From Acidobacteriota bacterium (lineage in GTDB: Bacteria; Acidobacteriota; Blastocatellia; Pyrinomonadales; Pyrinomonadaceae), in contig JANNNS010000338.1 of assembly GCA_031398645.1 (NCBI GenBank), positions 1-62,719 on the forward strand: DNA of 62,719 nt, given 5' to 3'. Every line of letters begins with the position of its first letter. The stretch's first letter is position 1. Below the pieces are notes generated by a model. It saw nothing but the letters and a program-made list of their open reading frames with translations. It was not told where the DNA came from and did no database searches. The position numbers and the translations under genes are program-made. Below are positions 16,347-24,768 of this stretch, piece by piece.

Positions 16347-18170
16347 ATGAGACAAAGTGTCTTGATCAAATTGGCTGCGCTTCTTGTGCTTGTCTCAGGA
16401 TATGCAGCGGGCCAATCGCCTGTGATCGAAAAGGTCGAGCCACCGAATTGGTGGGCCGGGCATTCGATAGGCACGGTGCGGGTGCTGGTCCGAGGCGCCA
16501 ATCTAAATGGTGCAACCGTAGGAACATCTGGGCACTCCGTCAAAGCGACAAACATTCGCGTAAACGAAGCTGGGGACTATCTGTTTTTTGATCTTTCGAT
16601 CGGAAAGGTTGCTTCGTTTCCTAGACGGGACGGGAACCAGCGGCAACTTCTTGATATCAGTGTCAGAACGCCGAATGGGCGAACTAGTTTTCCTTTTGAG
16701 GTACTTGCACCGATCAAGGCCGGCAAAACGCAAACGATCACTAATGATGATGTAATTTATCTGATAATGACCGACCGTTTTGCGGACGGCGATCAGTCAA
16801 ACAATACAGGGGTTGACCGCAATAATCCTCGTGCGTGGCACGGCGGCGATTTTCGCGGGATCGTGTCCAAGCTGGATTATTTGAAAGAATTGGGAATTAC
16901 CGCAATCTGGCTAACGCCATGGTATGACAACCCTGATGAAGCCAATCAGTGCGACAAGCCATGGTGCCCGAATACAAACTATCACGGCTATCATGCCATT
17001 GATTACTACGGCGTTGAAAATCATTTCGGTTCGATGGCCGATCTTCAAACGCTTGTTCGCGAGGCTCACAAAAAAGGCATCAAGGTGGTACAAGACCAGG
17101 TTGCCAATCACGTGGGCATCCAGCATCCGTGGGGAAGGCGTCCGCCGCTGCCGAATTGGTTTTCGCCGTACTCGCAAAACAGTTTTAATAACTCGGTACT
17201 TTTGTCGCCGAACGCTTCGCAGTCGGAACGCGACAATTTGTTGAAAGGCTGGTTCAACGAGTTGCTGCCGGATCTAAATCAGAACGAGCCCGAAGTTTCC
17301 CGCTACCTGATTCAAAATGCCCTTTGGTGGGTCGGCATGACGGGCATTGACGGTATCCGTCAGGACACTATCCAGTACATGCCGCGAACGTTCATTCGAG
17401 ATTGGTCGACCGCGATCCTAAAACAGTATCCAAAGATTTACATGGTCGGCGAGGTGTTTGAGGAAGACTCGGCACAGACGGCTTTCTTTCAGGGCGGACG
17501 CGTCGGTTGGGACGGCGTCGATACGAACCTGCCGTCCGTTTTTGATTTCAAATTGTGGCGGACATCGCAGGAAGTTTTCACCGGCAAGAAACCGGCCCGT
17601 GCCCTGCGAGACGTGCTGAAATATGACGGCCTCTATTCAAACGTAAATAACCTCACGACGCTGACCAACAACCATGATACCGACCGTTTTATGTCGCTGC
17701 CGGGAGCAACGCTGGAAGGCGCGATGATGCACATGGCGTTTATCCTATCGATCCGAGGAATACCGCAGATTTATTATGGTGAAGAGATCGGAATGACCGG
17801 CGGGCATGATCCCGATAATCGAAAGGATTTTCCGGGAGGATTTGCGAACGATATGCGCAATGCTTTCATAAAAGAAGGAAGGACGGCGGATGAGCAGAGA
17901 CTGTTCAATTCTACACAGAACTGGCTATCGATTCGCAAATTACGCGGATCCGTGAGGGAGGGGCGGACGATTGATCTGTATTTCGACAATGAAACCTATG
18001 TGTTTGCTCGAGTAACCGACCGATTCGCTACTCCATCAGACATATTCGCCTTCAATCTAAGCTCAGCACCAAAGAGGGTTACTTATATCAACTTCATCGG
18101 TACTCCAAATCCAATAGAACTACCGCTCGCCCCGAAGAGCGTTACGGCATTCGGAACTAACCTACATTGA
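16347..18170 (+). CDS. Exported GH13 alpha-amylase-family enzyme (cyclomaltodextrinase/neopullulanase-like, with N-terminal Ig-like domain)
   Basis: The track's GTG start (16314) lies inside the terminator stem, so I use the ATG at 16347 (MRQSVLIKLAALLVLVSGYAAGQS, a signal peptide). GH13 conserved regions: DRFADGD, GITAIWLTP, VVQDQVANHVG, GIDGIRQDTIQYM, MVGEVFEE, NHDTDRF. Confidence 0.9.
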   Translation: MRQSVLIKLAALLVLVSGYAAGQSPVIEKVEPPNWWAGHSIGTVRVLVRGANLNGATVGTSGHSVKATNIRVNEAGDYLFFDLSIGKVASFPRRDGNQRQLLDISVRTPNGRTSFPFEVLAPIKAGKTQTITNDDVIYLIMTDRFADGDQSNNTGVDRNNPRAWHGGDFRGIVSKLDYLKELGITAIWLTPWYDNPDEANQCDKPWCPNTNYHGYHAIDYYGVENHFGSMADLQTLVREAHKKGIKVVQDQVANHVGIQHPWGRRPPLPNWFSPYSQNSFNNSVLLSPNASQSERDNLLKGWFNELLPDLNQNEPEVSRYLIQNALWWVGMTGIDGIRQDTIQYMPRTFIRDWSTAILKQYPKIYMVGEVFEEDSAQTAFFQGGRVGWDGVDTNLPSVFDFKLWRTSQEVFTGKKPARALRDVLKYDGLYSNVNNLTTLTNNHDTDRFMSLPGATLEGAMMHMAFILSIRGIPQIYYGEEIGMTGGHDPDNRKDFPGGFANDMRNAFIKEGRTADEQRLFNSTQNWLSIRKLRGSVREGRTIDLYFDNETYVFARVTDRFATPSDIFAFNLSSAPKRVTYINFIGTPNPIELPLAPKSVTAFGTNLH

Positions 18171-18224
18171 AGGCTACAAAAGAAGCCATAACAACCCGAT
18201 GAAGCAAGCTGTCCGCAGATAAAT

Positions 18225-19751
18225 ATGAATTTTCCTCGTGCATCGGGAATTCTTCTTCATCCGACGTCTCTACCGGGCGAATACGGCATTGGTGATCTTG
18301 GGCCGCAGGCTTATTCGTTTGTAAATTTCCTGGCCGACGCAGGACAGACCTATTGGCAAATATTGCCGCTCGGGCCGACGGGATATGGGGATTCGCCTTA
18401 TCAGTGTTTTTCAGCGTTCGCTGGAAATCCCTTGCTCATATCGCCGGAGGCACTTGTTCAGGACGGTTTCCTGACCGCCACGCAGATCGCCGAGCATCCT
18501 CAGTTTGATAAACACCGAGTGGATTTCGGCGGTGTTTATGAATGGAAAAACAAGATCCTAGCCGAGGCGTTCGAAGGGCTTCAGCACACGACCAGCGTTG
18601 ATCTTCGTGGTAAGTTCGAAACTTTTCAGCAGGAAAACGCGTGGTGGCTGGACGATTATTCTCTCTATAAGGCTGTCAAGGCATCGCAGGAACAAAAGCC
18701 CTGGTACGAATGGCCGACACCGTTGAAGCTTCGCGATCAGGGTGCCCTTGTCACCATTTCCGAAGACCTTTTCGAAAGCGTTCTGGCCCAAAAGTTTTAC
18801 CAGTTCCTATTCTTTCGTCAGTGGAACTCGCTGAAGGAATATGCCAACAAGCACGCGATCAAAATAATTGGTGACATTCCCATTTTCATTGCTCTTGATT
18901 CCGCCGACGTGTGGTGCAACCAGGACAGTTTCAAGCTCAACCCCGACGGCAGCCCACGTGTAGTGGCGGGCGTTCCACCTGATTATTTTTCAAAGACCGG
19001 ACAGCTTTGGGGCAATCCGATCTACGATTGGGACGCGATGCGAAAGGACAATTTTCACTGGTGGATCGCACGTGTCGCCTTTACTTTTGGAACAGTAGAT
19101 ATAGTTCGAGTCGATCATTTTCGCGGCTTTGCCGCCGCGTGGGAAGTTCCGGGCGGGGACAAAACCGCCGAGAACGGACGCTGGGTTGAGGTGCCAGGCA
19201 AGGAACTTTTCGAAACCCTGCGTCAGCACCTGGGCGAACTTCCGGTCATTGCGGAAGATCTCGGCGTCATCACGCCCGATGTCGAAGAGCTGCGTGATGA
19301 TTACGGTTTTCCCGGTATGAAGATCCTCCAGTTCGCATTTGGCGGTGACGCGAACAACCACGACCTGCCGCACAATTACATCCCGAATTGCGTCGCTTAT
19401 ACCGGAACGCACGACAATGATACGACTGTCGGCTGGTGGCTGTCTCAGGCCGGAGCCGGCTCGACCCGCGATGCCGATGAGATAAGTCGTGAACACGAAT
19501 ATTGTCTAAAATATTTAAACACAGAAGGCACCGAAATACATTGGGATTTTATCCGGACCGTCTGGGCTTCGGTCGCACACACGGCGATCGCCCCGTTGCA
19601 GGACCTACTTGGAATAGGCACGGAAGGAAGAATGAATTTGCCCGCGTCGGAATCGGGAAACTGGGATTGGCGGTTTGATGAAGCTTCACTCACGCCAGGG
19701 ACAGGTGAACGGCTGAGCGAATTGACGAAGACATATGGCAGAAAACTATAG
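18225..19751 (+). CDS. malQ: 4-alpha-glucanotransferase (amylomaltase, GH77), cytoplasmic
   Basis: MNFPRASGILLHPTSLPGEYGIGDLG..., DSPYQCFSAFAGNPLLIS, VRVDHFRGF and YTGTHDNDT are classical MalQ blocks. No signal peptide. Confidence 0.95.
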   Translation: MNFPRASGILLHPTSLPGEYGIGDLGPQAYSFVNFLADAGQTYWQILPLGPTGYGDSPYQCFSAFAGNPLLISPEALVQDGFLTATQIAEHPQFDKHRVDFGGVYEWKNKILAEAFEGLQHTTSVDLRGKFETFQQENAWWLDDYSLYKAVKASQEQKPWYEWPTPLKLRDQGALVTISEDLFESVLAQKFYQFLFFRQWNSLKEYANKHAIKIIGDIPIFIALDSADVWCNQDSFKLNPDGSPRVVAGVPPDYFSKTGQLWGNPIYDWDAMRKDNFHWWIARVAFTFGTVDIVRVDHFRGFAAAWEVPGGDKTAENGRWVEVPGKELFETLRQHLGELPVIAEDLGVITPDVEELRDDYGFPGMKILQFAFGGDANNHDLPHNYIPNCVAYTGTHDNDTTVGWWLSQAGAGSTRDADEISREHEYCLKYLNTEGTEIHWDFIRTVWASVAHTAIAPLQDLLGIGTEGRMNLPASESGNWDWRFDEASLTPGTGERLSELTKTYGRKL

Positions 19752-21648
19752 ATCTCATACTTATTCTTGCTTCGCGTCTTTGCGCCTTTGCGGGATCTTT
19801 CTTCTTTTAGGCTTTGCCGCTACGGCTCAATCCCTAACAGTCGAAAAGATAGAACCGCCTAGCTGGTGGGTGGGGAGCACGATCAACCCTGTCCGAGTCC
19901 TGATCAAGGGACGCAATCTCGCCGGATCAACGATCGAAACGAATAGTCCGGGTATAACTGCCTCGAATTTTAAGACCAGCACTAACGGTAATTATCTTTT
20001 CGCCGACCTGAAGATTGCGGAGAACGTCGCGGTTGGAAACTATACCTTAAAGATAACGTCAGCCAGTGGAACGACTAACGCTCAATTCGGCATTTTCGCG
20101 CAGCAGCCGCGGCTTGGGAATTACCAGGGTTTCATGCCAGACGATGTTATCTATTTCGTCTTCACCGACCGTTTTGCCGATGGCGATCAAACGAATAACG
20201 ATCCGGCGAAATCGAAAGGATTGTACGACCGCAAAAAAGGCCGACATTATCACGGCGGCGATCTGCAGGGAATCATCGACAAGCTGCCATACATAAAATC
20301 GCTCGGGGCAACAGCAATCTGGACGACGCCGGTCTACGACAACGCCGATGTGCCGGACACCAAAGAGATTTATCCCGACATGCCCGAGACGACCGGGTTT
20401 CACGGTTACGGCGCGGTCGATTTTTATGGAGTCGACGAGCACGTTGGAGATATGGCGAAGCTTAAAGAGTTCGTCCGAAAAGCCCATCAGTCTGGCATCA
20501 TCGTCCTGCAGGATCAGGTAGTGAATCACACTGGACCGTATCACGTCTGGGCGGAAGACCCACCCACTCCGACGTGGTTCAACGGAACGGTGAAAGATCA
20601 TCTTTCCAACAACTGGCAAAAATGGACCTCGATGAACCCGCGAGCGACCTACCAAACGCAAAAGCGGAATATCGACGGATGGTTCATCGACATTCTGCCT
20701 GATCTGAACCAGAACGACCCTGAGGTCGAAAAATACCTGATTCAAAACTCTCTCTGGTGGATGGCGCAAGTAGGATTCGACGCCATCCGAATGGATACGC
20801 TGCCGCACGTGCCGCGCACTTTTTGGTCAAAGTGGGGCGCGGCCGTTCATCGTGAATTTCCAAAAGTAAATATCCTCGGCGAGCTTTATGACAGTGATCC
20901 CGCATTACTTTCCTATTATCAAAAAGGACGTCGCGGACATGACGGCATCGACCCTCAGATCGACTCGCTTTACGATTTCGGATTGTTTTACCCGATCAGA
21001 AATTCCTTCGCTCAGGGAAAGCCGATCCGCGAGATTTCGCAGACGTTCGCTAAAGACTGGCTTTACCCAAGATCGGGCGATTTGGTAACGTTCATTGGCG
21101 TCCATGACATGCCGCGGTTTATGAGCGAGCCCGGAGCAACGCCGCAAGGTTTGAAACTAGCGCAGACGCTTATTATGACCTCGCGCGGAACGCCGCTCCT
21201 TTATTACGGCGATGAGCTAGCGATGCAGGGCGGGCCCGACCCGGACAATCGCCGCGATTTCCCGGGCGGATTTCCCGGCGACACGCGAAATGCTTTCACT
21301 GTAGCGGGTCGAACTGCTGCGGAAAACGACACCTGGAATTACTTAGCAAAGCTCGGCGAGATCCGAAGGAGTCTGGAACCGCTACGCCGAGGTTCGACGC
21401 TCGATCTCCTCGACGAAGAGCAGCAGTTGGCATTCGCCCGCGTCACGAACACGGCAGCGGTTGTCGTAGTGATAAATAACGACACCAAACCAGCCAAGGC
21501 CGCGTTCGATGTGTCGATGATCAAACCTATCCGCGAAGGAGCGGTCCTCACCGACCAGATCGGCGGTATTCTGAAAACAAATGTCGCTGACGGAAGGGTG
21601 AGTATCGATATTCCAGCGAGGACAGCGGTAATTCTAAAATCGGAATAG
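19735..21648 (+). CDS. Exported GH13 alpha-amylase-family enzyme, paralogue of 16347..18170
   Basis: Signal peptide (LRLCGIFLLLGFAATAQS). It has the same N-terminal domain as the first GH13 (VEKIEPPSWWVGSTINPVRVLIKGRNL versus VEKVEPPNWWAGHSIGTVRVLVRGANL). GH13 blocks: DRFADGD, GATAIWTTP, VLQDQVVNHTG, GFDAIRMDTLPHV, ILGELYD, VHDMPRF. The start overlaps the malQ stop by 17 nt. Confidence 0.9.
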   Translation: MAENYRSHTYSCFASLRLCGIFLLLGFAATAQSLTVEKIEPPSWWVGSTINPVRVLIKGRNLAGSTIETNSPGITASNFKTSTNGNYLFADLKIAENVAVGNYTLKITSASGTTNAQFGIFAQQPRLGNYQGFMPDDVIYFVFTDRFADGDQTNNDPAKSKGLYDRKKGRHYHGGDLQGIIDKLPYIKSLGATAIWTTPVYDNADVPDTKEIYPDMPETTGFHGYGAVDFYGVDEHVGDMAKLKEFVRKAHQSGIIVLQDQVVNHTGPYHVWAEDPPTPTWFNGTVKDHLSNNWQKWTSMNPRATYQTQKRNIDGWFIDILPDLNQNDPEVEKYLIQNSLWWMAQVGFDAIRMDTLPHVPRTFWSKWGAAVHREFPKVNILGELYDSDPALLSYYQKGRRGHDGIDPQIDSLYDFGLFYPIRNSFAQGKPIREISQTFAKDWLYPRSGDLVTFIGVHDMPRFMSEPGATPQGLKLAQTLIMTSRGTPLLYYGDELAMQGGPDPDNRRDFPGGFPGDTRNAFTVAGRTAAENDTWNYLAKLGEIRRSLEPLRRGSTLDLLDEEQQLAFARVTNTAAVVVVINNDTKPAKAAFDVSMIKPIREGAVLTDQIGGILKTNVADGRVSIDIPARTAVILKSE

Positions 21649-21839
21649 ATCTATGCAAAGCCTTTTGCTCATCGCCACCGCCATAGACGTTGGATTCGTC
21701 CTGCTCGGCTACGCGGCCAGGACCCCGAGCCAAACGGCGCTCAGCAGCGCCATCTGCGTCTCAGACATCATTTTTGTCCTATTCGTCCTGGCTGTTCTCC
21801 GTTTCCGCGGCAACAAAAGTTCACGATAAAAAGGTGCCT

Positions 21840-23174
21840 ATGCAGGAAAAACCACGCTTATCTTTTTTGCAGATCTGGAACATGAGCTTCGGCTTCCTCG
21901 GCATTCAGTTCGGCTGGGGATTGCAGATGGCAAACATGTCGCCGATCTATAAATATCTCGGTGCCGATGAAGCGAACCTTCCCTATCTTTGGCTCGCTGG
22001 CCCGTTGACTGGTTTATTGGTCCAACCAATCGTCGGCGCTATGAGCGACCGCACATGGACGCGTCTCGGACGTCGTCGCCCATTTTTTCTCGCCGGTGCG
22101 ATCATCGCCAGCATCTGCCTCGTCCTGATGCCGAATTCTTCCGCCCTTTGGATGGCCGCCGGATTGCTATGGATCATGGACGCGTCAATCAACATAACGA
22201 TGGAGCCTTTCCGGGCTTTTGTGGGTGACAAGCTGGCTGAAGAACAGCGGACGCTCGGATTCGTAATGCAGTCGTTTTTTATCGGCATCGGGTCGACGCT
22301 GGCGAATGCACTGCCTTATCTTCTTACATTCCTCGGGGTTGTCGGCGTGATGAAGAGCGGCATTCCTTACTCCACTTTGATCGCGTTCACAGTGGGAGCG
22401 GTTGCATTCCTTGGTGCTGTCCTCTGGACCGTGTTTACTACCGACGAGTTTCCGCCCGAAGACATCGAAGCCTTCAGAAAGAAAAATTCGGAAGGAAGTG
22501 TAGTAAGCAATATATTCAAAGAGATCAGCGAGGCCGTTCGTGATATGCCGACGACGATGAAGCAGTTGGCGATCGTCCAGTTCTTCACATGGTTTGCATT
22601 GCCCTTTATGTGGCAGTTTTACGGCATTACGGTAGCTCGCCACGTTTTCGGAGCATCGGACGAATCGTCTGCTGCTTTCAGAGAGGGAACCGAATGGGGC
22701 GGCGTATGTTTTGCCATTTATAACTTAGTCTGTTTTCTAGTGGCATTTGCTATTCCGCCAGTTGCCGACAAAATCGGTCGGAAGGGCGTTCACATTGTTT
22801 GCCTCGCCCTCGGCGGACTTGGATTGATCTCCACTTATTTTGCGGCTGGGCCCTATTTTCTATGGCTTGGAATGGCTGGTGTAGGAATCGCATGGGCATC
22901 GATCCTATCCATGCCCTACGTAATTCTCGCCGGAGCGATCAGGCCGGAACGTATGGGAGTTTACATGGGTGTTTTCAATCTTTTTATTGTAATTCCCCAG
23001 GTCGTGCAGAGCTTCCTGACGCCGCAGATCTACAAAGGCTTGCTTGGCAATAATCCCCTTAATGCGGTAATGCTCGGCGGGGCTTCGTTGCTGATCGCCG
23101 CCGTCTCGGTGCTGATCGTCAAAGACGTCGGCGCCGCAAAAATTGAGGGCGTTCAGGCGGGAGGAGGGCACTGA
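21840..23174 (+). CDS. MFS sugar:cation symporter (GPH / SLC45-like maltose-sucrose transporter family)
   Basis: The track ORF starts at 21690. I prefer the ATG at 21840 (MQEKPRLSFLQIWNMSFGFLGIQFGWGLQ...). Family motif VQPIVGAMSDRTWTRLGRRRPF. About 12 hydrophobic segments. Confidence 0.85.
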   Translation: MQEKPRLSFLQIWNMSFGFLGIQFGWGLQMANMSPIYKYLGADEANLPYLWLAGPLTGLLVQPIVGAMSDRTWTRLGRRRPFFLAGAIIASICLVLMPNSSALWMAAGLLWIMDASINITMEPFRAFVGDKLAEEQRTLGFVMQSFFIGIGSTLANALPYLLTFLGVVGVMKSGIPYSTLIAFTVGAVAFLGAVLWTVFTTDEFPPEDIEAFRKKNSEGSVVSNIFKEISEAVRDMPTTMKQLAIVQFFTWFALPFMWQFYGITVARHVFGASDESSAAFREGTEWGGVCFAIYNLVCFLVAFAIPPVADKIGRKGVHIVCLALGGLGLISTYFAAGPYFLWLGMAGVGIAWASILSMPYVILAGAIRPERMGVYMGVFNLFIVIPQVVQSFLTPQIYKGLLGNNPLNAVMLGGASLLIAAVSVLIVKDVGAAKIEGVQAGGGH

Positions 23175-23297
23175 CACTCTTCCACGGGCGCCCGTTTAGA
23201 GGTAGAAGGGTTGCCCGTCCTTTGCGGTGGCTGACCCTCAGATCATAGCGGACAAAGCCCGCTTCCGAAAGCCAATATTGTTTTGATAGGAATAGCT

Positions 23298-24713
23298 ATG
23301 CTAACTGTACGAACTGCTATCTACTTTTTTTGCGTTCTTGCCACGTTCGCTGTCGGCGTAGACGCCCAAGCTATACCGTCGCGAGATGCTTCGAAAGAAT
23401 CTGCTCGGGTATCGCAGGAATGGATAAGAGATTCCGTTATTTATCAGATATTCCCTAGACAATATTCGAAGAAGGGCGATTTTAATTCGATAACGAGCGA
23501 TCTCGACCGGCTGAATACGTTAGGCGTAAACATCCTGTGGCTCATGCCGATACATCCGATCGGGCAGGAAAAGAAAAAGGGCACTATCGGATCGCCGTAT
23601 GCGGTGAAAGATTATTACGGCGTTAACCCGGACTACGGCACTCCTAACGATCTGAAGCGTCTTGTCGCCGAATCGCACAAGCGTGGGATGAAAGTCATCA
23701 TCGATGTGGTCGTGAACCACACCGCGTGGGACAACAGGCTGATAAAAGAGCATCCGGAGTTTTACAAAAAGAACGATAAGGGCGAGATAGTTCCGCCGGT
23801 GGCGGATTGGGCGGACGTTGCGGGGCTGGATTACAACAAGCCGGAAGTTAGAGCTTACATTATCGAAAACCTGAAAAGCTGGGTGCGAGATTACGATCTT
23901 GACGGGTTTCGATGCGATGTTGCGTTGATGATCCCGACAGATTTCTGGGACACCGCTCGTGCCGAGGTGGACAAGATCAAGCCGAACACTGTCTGGCTGG
24001 CCGAGGCTGAGAAGCCCGATCTGTTAGTGAAGGCCTTCGATCTCGATTATTCCTGGGAACTGCATCACGCGATGGATCGAACGCTGCACGGAGGCGGTCC
24101 TGCGTCCGGGATAAGAAAAATCTGGGAGGAACAGAACGCAAAATTTCCACGTGGGGCAATCAGAATGCGATTCTCGGACAATCACGACGAGCGAAGAGCA
24201 ATCGCGAGATTCGGCGAAAAGGGAGCGCTTGCGGCCCAGGCACTAATGTTCACGCTCGACGGCGTTCCGCTCATTTACAATGGTATGGAATCGGGTGACA
24301 CCACTGAAAGCGGCTATCCGGCACTGTTTGAAAAAATGCCCATCTTCTGGCAAACCGAAGTCCGAAGGCCGGAGTTTCCGAAGTTTTATAGGGCGATGGT
24401 CGCCCTGCGAAAACAAAGCGTGGCATTGAGACACGGCTCCCTGGCCTGGCTGAAAAACTCCGACGAAAACCGCGTCGTGACCTTCGCCCGTAAAAAGGGA
24501 AGCGAAGAGTTGATCATCGCGATCAACCTCTCGAACACGCCCTTCAAAGGTACCGTGGACGTGTCCGGCAACTTCCAGGAAATCACTCCCGAATACGGCA
24601 AACCGCTCCCGCCCGACGACGAGAAAGCGAGGGCTGTCGTTAAAGATCCGTCGATGCCGCCGACACTTAATATCGATTCGTACGGCATCAGGATCTTTCG
24701 ACGAAAGATCTGA
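23298..24713 (+). CDS. Exported GH13 alpha-amylase-family enzyme (third copy, shorter architecture)
   Basis: Signal peptide MLTVRTAIYFFCVLATFAVGVDAQA. GH13 blocks: VIYQIFPRQY, GVNILWLMPIHP, VIIDVVVNHTA, GFRCDVA, WLAEAE, SDNHDE. Confidence 0.85.
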   Translation: MLTVRTAIYFFCVLATFAVGVDAQAIPSRDASKESARVSQEWIRDSVIYQIFPRQYSKKGDFNSITSDLDRLNTLGVNILWLMPIHPIGQEKKKGTIGSPYAVKDYYGVNPDYGTPNDLKRLVAESHKRGMKVIIDVVVNHTAWDNRLIKEHPEFYKKNDKGEIVPPVADWADVAGLDYNKPEVRAYIIENLKSWVRDYDLDGFRCDVALMIPTDFWDTARAEVDKIKPNTVWLAEAEKPDLLVKAFDLDYSWELHHAMDRTLHGGGPASGIRKIWEEQNAKFPRGAIRMRFSDNHDERRAIARFGEKGALAAQALMFTLDGVPLIYNGMESGDTTESGYPALFEKMPIFWQTEVRRPEFPKFYRAMVALRKQSVALRHGSLAWLKNSDENRVVTFARKKGSEELIIAINLSNTPFKGTVDVSGNFQEITPEYGKPLPPDDEKARAVVKDPSMPPTLNIDSYGIRIFRRKI

Positions 24714-24768
24714 CGGGCGTCGACTGGAGCCAAGCGAAGAGGCAGTTTAATTTGAGGAGTCAGTGGAA

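Noticed and set aside
23175-23297. The short palindrome ACGGGCGCCCGT after the MFS gene as a terminator.
   Set aside because: The stem has no loop, so at most 4 bp could pair, and there is no T-tract. It is too weak to call.
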